Shown: positions 57,227-63,624 of the stretch, piece after piece
How the letters are laid out: every line of letters begins with the position of its first letter
How positions within the stretch are numbered: the first letter of the stretch is position 1
Source: a virus
Taxonomy: Duplodnaviria > Caudoviricetes
DNA: 63,624 nucleotides
Virus record (IMG/VR): IMGVR_UViG_3300001589_000008
Location: 1-63,624 of that record
Direction: 5' to 3' (one strand)
Position numbers and translations under genes: made by a program
Notes under the pieces: generated by a model
The model's input: only the letters and a program-made list of their open reading frames with translations
Database searches by the model: none
Told to the model about the DNA's origin: nothing

Positions 57227-58520
57227 CGATAGCTTTTGTACAGCACCGTGGACACACACTTATGTTAGCCCCCAAGGCGAGCGTAGGTTATGTTGTGCTA
57301 GTAGAGAAGATGCGAGCTTTCAAAAGCAATACATCGATGCTGGCGATAAAGACAACACAGAATTCGATCCAATAACACTTGAAGAACATTGGAACAGCGA
57401 GTATATGAAAGATATTCGTAAGCGTATGTTAGCCGGCGAAAAACTAAGCCAGTGTGACGTGTGTAATAATCAAGTATTAAACTTGCATACATATAAAAAC
57501 TATTTTACTAATACACTATTTCCGCACAAGGTTAAAGACATAATAGAAAGTACAAGAGAAGACGGCTATACAACTATGCAACCAATTAGTTTTGATTACC
57601 GTATAAGCAATCTTTGTAATTTTAAATGTCGCATGTGTGGTGAACAACTGAGCTCAAGTTGGGAAACTGAAAAGATTAAACACAATGTAGTTAACTACGA
57701 ACGTGAAAAATGGATGCAACCAGACACACGAAAGAAGATTGCTACATTTCAAAAAGAAGTTCTCGAAACAGAACTACAAGAAGCAGTTGACAAAGGCATT
57801 GTAGAGGAGTTATACTGGGTAGGCGGCGAGCCACTTATGTATGATATACATTGGCGTATTATGCAACAGCTAGTAGATGAAAGCAAAAGTCGAGATGTAG
57901 TTGTTCGTTACAATACAAACCTTAGTAGGACACACTACAAAAACTACAAATTATATCACATGCTAGATAATTTTAAACGTGTAAACATTTGTGCTAGTAT
58001 AGACGGTGTAGGATTAGTAGGCGAGTATATTAGAACAGGTCTCAAATGGAACGAATGGTTACAAAACTTTAAAGACGGTATGTTTCTTGTAGACAAGTAC
58101 GGCGATGATGCAATGGTGTTTGATGTAACCCTAACTACTCCTGGATTGTTTGATTTAAAAAAAATGTTTGATGTGGTCACAGAACTAAACGTAAAAAGTT
58201 ACTTTAAAATTACATTTGCATTTGACCCTAGCGTACTAATGAGCCCTATGTGTTTGCCTAGAGCAGTATTAGATGAACAAATACATACGTTACTAGATCA
58301 TATTAAGCCTAGAGTAACACCCAAGACTCTTGTGTATCAAGAAACACTTGAAAATATGTTAGAACGTAAAACATTTGAAGAAGAATTTATTAATTATGCT
58401 GACGGTTGGAAACATGGTAAAAAGAATATACTATTCTTAGAAAGTATTAGAAAACAAGATGTTACATTTAGAGATACGCTAAGTGATGCAGGTAAGGAAT
58501 GGTGGGATAACATTGAGTAA
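57219..58520 (+). CDS. Radical SAM enzyme with N-terminal twitch/SPASM-like domain
   Basis: CNFKCRMC and VGGEP; CTAPW...LCC...CDVC. Confidence 0.93.
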   Translation: MISDSFCTAPWTHTYVSPQGERRLCCASREDASFQKQYIDAGDKDNTEFDPITLEEHWNSEYMKDIRKRMLAGEKLSQCDVCNNQVLNLHTYKNYFTNTLFPHKVKDIIESTREDGYTTMQPISFDYRISNLCNFKCRMCGEQLSSSWETEKIKHNVVNYEREKWMQPDTRKKIATFQKEVLETELQEAVDKGIVEELYWVGGEPLMYDIHWRIMQQLVDESKSRDVVVRYNTNLSRTHYKNYKLYHMLDNFKRVNICASIDGVGLVGEYIRTGLKWNEWLQNFKDGMFLVDKYGDDAMVFDVTLTTPGLFDLKKMFDVVTELNVKSYFKITFAFDPSVLMSPMCLPRAVLDEQIHTLLDHIKPRVTPKTLVYQETLENMLERKTFEEEFINYADGWKHGKKNILFLESIRKQDVTFRDTLSDAGKEWWDNIE

Positions 58521-59724
58521 AACATTTTGCCCCTTACCTTGGACACATTTAGCAACACATCCGCATGGTGCTGTTACACTTTGTTGTGAGAGTGATATGA
58601 CAAACCGTGCAAGCGATTCACAAAATGCAAATAAAGACTATCAAACATTTCATACTACAGAATACGACTTGAATAGAATTATGAATAGTGATTTATTTAA
58701 AGAAGTACGTATGCAAATGCTTAACGGAGAAGAGCCTAGTGTTTGTTCAAAGTGCTACAAATACGAAAGTATGGGCAACGGCAGTAAGCGTACTATAGAA
58801 TTAGAGAGACTTGATTATAGTTTAGAAGATGCTATTGTAGATACTAACTTTGATGGACATATTGATCATACAAATTTTGAATTTATTGAATTGCGGCTTG
58901 GAAATCATTGTAACTTAGCTTGTAGATCCTGTAACCCGTTTAGTAGTACAAAATGGATTAAAGATTGGGAGAAACTACATGGCGGAACACCAGTTAAACA
59001 AAATTTATTTAATTGGCCCTTAGACGAAAAGTTTTGGGATAGCCTTAAAAAACATTGTAAAAAAATAAAACATTTATACATTAACGGAGGAGAACCTCTA
59101 TTAATTGATAAGCACAAACATTTTTTACAATTTTTAGTCGACAATGGATATGCTGAAAATATAGAATTAACATATAGTACAAACAGTACTATAATTGATA
59201 AAAGTTATGTAGATATTTGGAGAGAATTTAAATATGTTGATTTCTTACTTAGTATAGACGATATACAAGAAAGAAACGAATATCTTAGATATCCTTCTAA
59301 CTGGGATAAAACAATTGAAGCATTAAAATGGTTTAGTAACTTATACAAGTATGAAGATCGAGGAGAGCATAGATTACGATCTAGAATAATGCAAACAGTA
59401 AGTATAATGAATATCTATTATGTAAAAGAAGCTCAAGACTTTTTTAAAAAACTTAATCTAAGAGTAGATCATAACTTTGTACATGATCCTAGACATTATA
59501 ATGCGGTAAATTTACCGCCTTATGCAAAACAAAAAGTATTAGATAAGTTGGTTAATACACCACTGCATAGTAGGTTTCAAAACTTCTTAAATATAGATAA
59601 TAACCCAAAGCACTTTAACGAATTTTTTGAAGTTAATAATAAGTTAGACAAAATAAGAAAAGAATCATTTGAAAATGTATTTGGAGAATGGAATGAAATA
59701 CTGAGATATAAAAATGATTATTAA
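58513..59724 (+). CDS. Radical SAM enzyme with N-terminal twitch/SPASM-like domain
   Basis: CNLACRSC and NGGEP; CPLPW...LCC...CSKC. TTG at 58513 is the likely start (track start 58483). Confidence 0.93.
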   Translation: MSKTFCPLPWTHLATHPHGAVTLCCESDMTNRASDSQNANKDYQTFHTTEYDLNRIMNSDLFKEVRMQMLNGEEPSVCSKCYKYESMGNGSKRTIELERLDYSLEDAIVDTNFDGHIDHTNFEFIELRLGNHCNLACRSCNPFSSTKWIKDWEKLHGGTPVKQNLFNWPLDEKFWDSLKKHCKKIKHLYINGGEPLLIDKHKHFLQFLVDNGYAENIELTYSTNSTIIDKSYVDIWREFKYVDFLLSIDDIQERNEYLRYPSNWDKTIEALKWFSNLYKYEDRGEHRLRSRIMQTVSIMNIYYVKEAQDFFKKLNLRVDHNFVHDPRHYNAVNLPPYAKQKVLDKLVNTPLHSRFQNFLNIDNNPKHFNEFFEVNNKLDKIRKESFENVFGEWNEILRYKNDY

Positions 59725-60577
59725 AACAACAGAAACAGAACTTAAAATAAACATGTTAGATACAAATTTTGTTAGTAAATGGAAGGAGTATATGAATAGG
59801 ATTAATCAGCCTTCCTTTAATATGAATCAATGGTACTTCCAAGGCTGGAAGGAAGACTCAAATCGTATTAAAGCCAATATAAAATTAATCGAGGATGCTT
59901 TACAATATTGTGATAAAAATATTGATACATTTAATTTTGCACAGTCAAAGAAATCTTTAAAACGTTTTAAGAAAAATGCTTCTCAACATTATTTAAATTT
60001 AATACATAGACAGTTTACTACGCAGACTATAGACAATCATCTAACAGATGACGATGGTTTATTACTTAATCAAAGAGTGCATGATATTAACACAGGTGTA
60101 CACAAATTAGAAGTATTCTGTACACATCTTAATTTACCTCTAAGACAAAAATATAAAGGCAAGGTGATTGCAATAGTATTTACAAATGCAAATACCAAAC
60201 AAGGTGATTATGATACTAGTATATGGACAGAAAATCAAATACATAATTGTAATTTTGATCATACAAAAGAAGATACTAATCATAATGTATGGCTAAACGA
60301 AGATATCCTTGGAAAAGATTTAATAAGATGTTTTCTTGACGGTGATGATCCAAATAATAAGGATATAACAGGTAACACTTTTTTTACTCCTGGTATAATG
60401 ATAGATGTCAATAAGGTTTATCATAATGTTCTGATCAGTAAAGAATTTAACGAATGGCATAACAGATTGTGTCCTAATAAAACTTTGAATAGATGGCCTA
60501 TAGGAAATATTGACATAGGTAATACGTTATTGCCAACAAAAATCTCTGATGAAGTTTTGGAGTATTCTTTTGGATAA
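59714..60577 (+). CDS. Hypothetical protein
   Basis: 287 aa within the operon; LNLIHRQF...HDINTGVHKLE...LGKD; no recognised family. Confidence 0.75.
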   Translation: MIIKTTETELKINMLDTNFVSKWKEYMNRINQPSFNMNQWYFQGWKEDSNRIKANIKLIEDALQYCDKNIDTFNFAQSKKSLKRFKKNASQHYLNLIHRQFTTQTIDNHLTDDDGLLLNQRVHDINTGVHKLEVFCTHLNLPLRQKYKGKVIAIVFTNANTKQGDYDTSIWTENQIHNCNFDHTKEDTNHNVWLNEDILGKDLIRCFLDGDDPNNKDITGNTFFTPGIMIDVNKVYHNVLISKEFNEWHNRLCPNKTLNRWPIGNIDIGNTLLPTKISDEVLEYSFG

Positions 60578-61709
60578 TATTTGTTTACTTCCTTGGATAC
60601 ATTTAGAAGCTGAAGCAAACGGTAAAGCAAAACCGTGTTGTATATATAATTCTGCAGTCGGTAATTTTAACACACAGACACTTGATGAAATTTGGAATTC
60701 TATTAATATGCAAGAATTACGACAACAATTTCTAGCCGGAAAGACACCAATAGGATGTGCTGGATGTACATCAGTAGAACAAGCTGGAAATGAATCTAAG
60801 CGTATTACAGATAATAAAAGATTTGAGCATCATAAAAACAAACCTTATGAAGAATTACAGTTGCCGGTGTATATGGACTTAAAATTTGGAACTGTGTGTA
60901 ATTTAAAATGTAGAACATGTAGTACAGCAAGTAGCTTTAAGTGGGCAGAAGATGAAACAGAATTATTTGGACAGCCACTTAATAAAGATTTAAAAAGTTA
61001 TTGGATTTCAGATGAGAAGCCAATATGGAATGATTTAGAAAAGTTATTACCAACAGTAGAGTTTTTTGATTTTACAGGAGGAGAACCTTTACTAATAAAA
61101 AAACATTATGCACTACTACGCAAAGCAGTAGAATTGGGTTATGCTAAGAATATAAAAATACATTACAATACAAACGGTACTGTGATGCCACCTAAAGATA
61201 TGTTTGAAGTTTGGAAAGAATTCAAACATGTTGAAGTTATGTTTAGTATAGATGGAATATACGATAAGTTTGAATATATGCGTCATCCTGCTAAATGGGA
61301 TACATTTATACAAACATTAAACACATTTAAGGAAAAGGACTTTGCTAGTATTACATTATGCCATACTATTAGTGCATTTAATATTTACTATGTTGATGAA
61401 TTTTTAGAATGGGCACAAAGTCAAGGGTTTGTACAGCATGAAATCTACTTAAATTTACTACATTATCCAGATTATGAATCTATAAGCAATCTTAAAATAG
61501 AAGTTAAAGATAAAATTAAACAAAAATTAACAGGAAAAAATGTTGATAACATTGTAAATTTTATGTATACAAGTGATAAAGACTTAACAAACAAATTTTT
61601 AGACTTTGTAAAACGTGTAGATTTGATAAGAGGAGAAGAGTTTGCAAAAACCTTTGACGAATACAATAATATATGCTATAATATAGAGAAGTGGAATCAA
61701 CATGTATGA
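60549..61709 (+). CDS. Radical SAM enzyme with N-terminal twitch/SPASM-like domain
   Basis: CNLKCRTC and TGGEP; CLLPW...KPCC...CAGC. True start may be TTG at 60570 (SD GGAG). Confidence 0.93.
   Translation: MKFWSILLDNICLLPWIHLEAEANGKAKPCCIYNSAVGNFNTQTLDEIWNSINMQELRQQFLAGKTPIGCAGCTSVEQAGNESKRITDNKRFEHHKNKPYEELQLPVYMDLKFGTVCNLKCRTCSTASSFKWAEDETELFGQPLNKDLKSYWISDEKPIWNDLEKLLPTVEFFDFTGGEPLLIKKHYALLRKAVELGYAKNIKIHYNTNGTVMPPKDMFEVWKEFKHVEVMFSIDGIYDKFEYMRHPAKWDTFIQTLNTFKEKDFASITLCHTISAFNIYYVDEFLEWAQSQGFVQHEIYLNLLHYPDYESISNLKIEVKDKIKQKLTGKNVDNIVNFMYTSDKDLTNKFLDFVKRVDLIRGEEFAKTFDEYNNICYNIEKWNQHV
61654..61682 (+). promoter_or_regulatory. Internal sigma70-type promoter with extended -10
   Basis: TTGACG-N17-TATAAT with TGn, located inside the 3' end of a radical SAM gene. 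Confidence 0.75.
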
Positions 61710-62382
61710 TATAATATTCATAAGTTATAACGAAGTAGAAGCAGAAAAAAACTGGAAACATTTAACTAATACATATTTTTGGGCTCAGCGTGTGCATGGT
61801 GTAAAAGGAATACATCAAGCTCATATACATGCGGCTAAACTAGCAAACACAGATATGTTTTGGATTGTAGATGCAGATGCACTTCTTATGGATGACTTTG
61901 ATTTTAGTTATGAGCCAGATAAGCACAACTTAAATACAGTACATGTCTGGAGAGCCAAAAATCCAGTCAATGATTTAGTTTACGGTAATGGAGGAGTAAA
62001 ATTATTTCCTAGGCAATTAACTATTGATATGGATACTAGCAAAGCTGATATGACAACTAGCATTACAAATAGATTTAAGGCTATGCCAGAAGTATCTAAT
62101 ATTGCAAAATTTAACACTGATCCGTTTAATACTTGGAAAAGTGCGTTTAGGGAATGTACTAAGTTAGCAAGCAAAGTAATAGAAAGGCAAAAAGATGACG
62201 AAACAGAAAAAAGACTTGACACATGGTGTACAAAAGGAGAAGAAAGAGAGTTCGGATCATTTTGCATACGAGGTGCTAGGCGCGGCCGTGACTTTGGCAT
62301 TGCTAACCGCAATAACGCTGATAATCTAAGATTAATTAATGACTTTGCCTGGCTAAAGGAGCAATTTGATGCAGACATTTGA
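61702..62382 (+). CDS. Nucleotide-sugar transferase-like protein, paralogue of 52318-53235
   Basis: DIIFISYNE...RVHGVKGIHQAH...WIVDADA...LVYGNGGVK...WKSAFRE. Confidence 0.6.
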   Translation: MYDIIFISYNEVEAEKNWKHLTNTYFWAQRVHGVKGIHQAHIHAAKLANTDMFWIVDADALLMDDFDFSYEPDKHNLNTVHVWRAKNPVNDLVYGNGGVKLFPRQLTIDMDTSKADMTTSITNRFKAMPEVSNIAKFNTDPFNTWKSAFRECTKLASKVIERQKDDETEKRLDTWCTKGEEREFGSFCIRGARRGRDFGIANRNNADNLRLINDFAWLKEQFDADI

Positions 62383-63334
62383 ACTACTTGATAGATTTGA
62401 ATTACTATATCCTACTAACTCCAAGTTAGCTGATTTACGCAGATCCTATATTGATAAAGATTTAAGCAGTATTTTTAGACTGTTAGATGCTGACGAAGAG
62501 CTACGCAAAGCAATTATGGAAAAGAATTTGCATAGTATTTTTAGAATCGTAGATACGTTTAATACCGAAGAACTTAGAAAAGCAGTAATCGAAGATAACC
62601 TACATAGTATTTTTAGACTAGTAGAGGATGAAGATTTACGTAAATTAGTACTAGAAGACAATACATGGAAGTTATGGCCGGTGTTACATAGGTATACTGA
62701 TACACAGTTTATTGAAGCATTTAAAAACTTTTTTGTTAATGATACAACTATATGGGATGATTGCTTCAGCCGAGGACAATTACAAAGTAAGCTATGGCTA
62801 ATAGAAACACTAGAAGAAAACTGTACTGATATAGGTACAGTCTTTTTATGTGCCGGTTGGTATGCTACCCTTGCTACAATGTTATTTGAGAGTAACATTA
62901 AAGTAGATAAAGTTAGATCTTTTGACATTGATCCTAGTTGTCGTAGTATTGCTGAAACATTTAATAGACCCTGGGTAAAGGATAAATGGCAATTCAAATC
63001 TTGTACAAAAGATATAATGGATATTAATTATGAGTTTGAAAGCTACGAAGTATTTAGAGCAGACGGAACAGCATGTCCATTAGATGATACACCTGATACT
63101 ATTATAAACACAAGTTGCGAACATATTGATAACTTTACAGAATGGTATTCAAAAATACCCACTGGTAAATTAGTTATACTACAAAATAATAATTTCTTCG
63201 AAGTTGAAGAACATGTTAACTGTGTAAACGATTTAGATGATTTTGCAAGTCAAGCACCACTATCAAAAATATTATACGACGGTGAATTAGAGCTTCCTAA
63301 GTACAAAAGGTTTATGAGAATTGGATATAAGTAA
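62366..63334 (+). CDS. Class I SAM-dependent methyltransferase-like protein with N-terminal helical repeats
   Basis: SRGQLQSKLWL...LCAGWY...SFDIDP...IINTSCEH...LQNNN. Confidence 0.7.
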   Translation: MMQTFELLDRFELLYPTNSKLADLRRSYIDKDLSSIFRLLDADEELRKAIMEKNLHSIFRIVDTFNTEELRKAVIEDNLHSIFRLVEDEDLRKLVLEDNTWKLWPVLHRYTDTQFIEAFKNFFVNDTTIWDDCFSRGQLQSKLWLIETLEENCTDIGTVFLCAGWYATLATMLFESNIKVDKVRSFDIDPSCRSIAETFNRPWVKDKWQFKSCTKDIMDINYEFESYEVFRADGTACPLDDTPDTIINTSCEHIDNFTEWYSKIPTGKLVILQNNNFFEVEEHVNCVNDLDDFASQAPLSKILYDGELELPKYKRFMRIGYK

Positions 63335-63548
63335 CTTGACATTAAGACAACTACAAACAGAAAGCGCCAGAGCTCTGAGTACAATGCAAGCTACAAATAA
63401 TAACATACATCAATTTAATAAACAAGCACATCATAATAGCCAGCATTGGTATGGGGCTGTTATAAACTGGTATGTAGAACAATATGGAGATTTACCTAGC
63501 AAGTGTAGTCCGGGTAAAGATATAAAATTGGTGTTAGATGATGTATAA
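63321..63548 (+). CDS. Hypothetical protein
   Basis: 75 aa, overlapping both neighbours. Confidence 0.7.
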   Translation: MDISNLTLRQLQTESARALSTMQATNNNIHQFNKQAHHNSQHWYGAVINWYVEQYGDLPSKCSPGKDIKLVLDDV

Positions 63549-63624
63549 TTATCAAGATATAAAAAGTATTCATTTAGAAGTAACACAAAACTGTCAGGCT
63601 AGTTGTCCTATGTGTGATCGTAAT
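63541..63624 (+). CDS. Radical SAM protein, N-terminal fragment (runs off the window)
   Basis: Missing from the ORF track: MYNYQDIKSIHLEVTQNCQASCPMCDRN, with CxxxCxxC. Confidence 0.85.
   Translation, partial: MYNYQDIKSIHLEVTQNCQASCPMCDRN

Noticed and set aside
49686-63548. RiPP cluster with a precursor peptide
   Set aside because: The small ORFs (111 and 75 aa) lack leader/core features, and no RRE, peptidase or exporter is evident. The glycosyltransferase context favours sugar chemistry, though a peptide substrate is not excluded.
1-63624. Stop-codon reassignment as seen in some large phages
   Set aside because: Genes are full length and densely packed in code 11, and TAA, TGA and TAG (tape measure gene) all serve as stops.

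Overview
This window is an AT-rich fragment of a large T4-like (jumbo-type) myovirus genome read in standard code 11; I found no tRNA, CRISPR or cellular genes. The left arm (mostly minus strand) carries prohead protease, scaffold, portal, tape measure, two probable internal head proteins, a GIY-YIG endonuclease, gp46/gp47 recombination nuclease and gp55 late sigma factor. The middle (plus strand) is a baseplate/tail module: gp53, hub, gp5 with a GH19 domain, an NlpC/P60-type hydrolase, gp25, gp6, a 4931-aa giant structural protein and three paralogous fibre proteins. The right 14 kb is a tightly coupled operon behind a sigma70-type promoter with four glycosyltransferase-like genes, at least seven radical SAM genes (six complete, each with an N-terminal twitch/SPASM-like domain) and a methyltransferase. 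The most notable signals are: (1) an unannotated ~380-nt nested, multi-stem minus-strand RNA directly downstream of the GIY-YIG gene; (2) a T-TTT-TTC -1 frameshift that would fuse gp26 to a gp51-like ORF; (3) the radical SAM/glycosyltransferase array. All product calls come from motif recognition by eye, not database searches.
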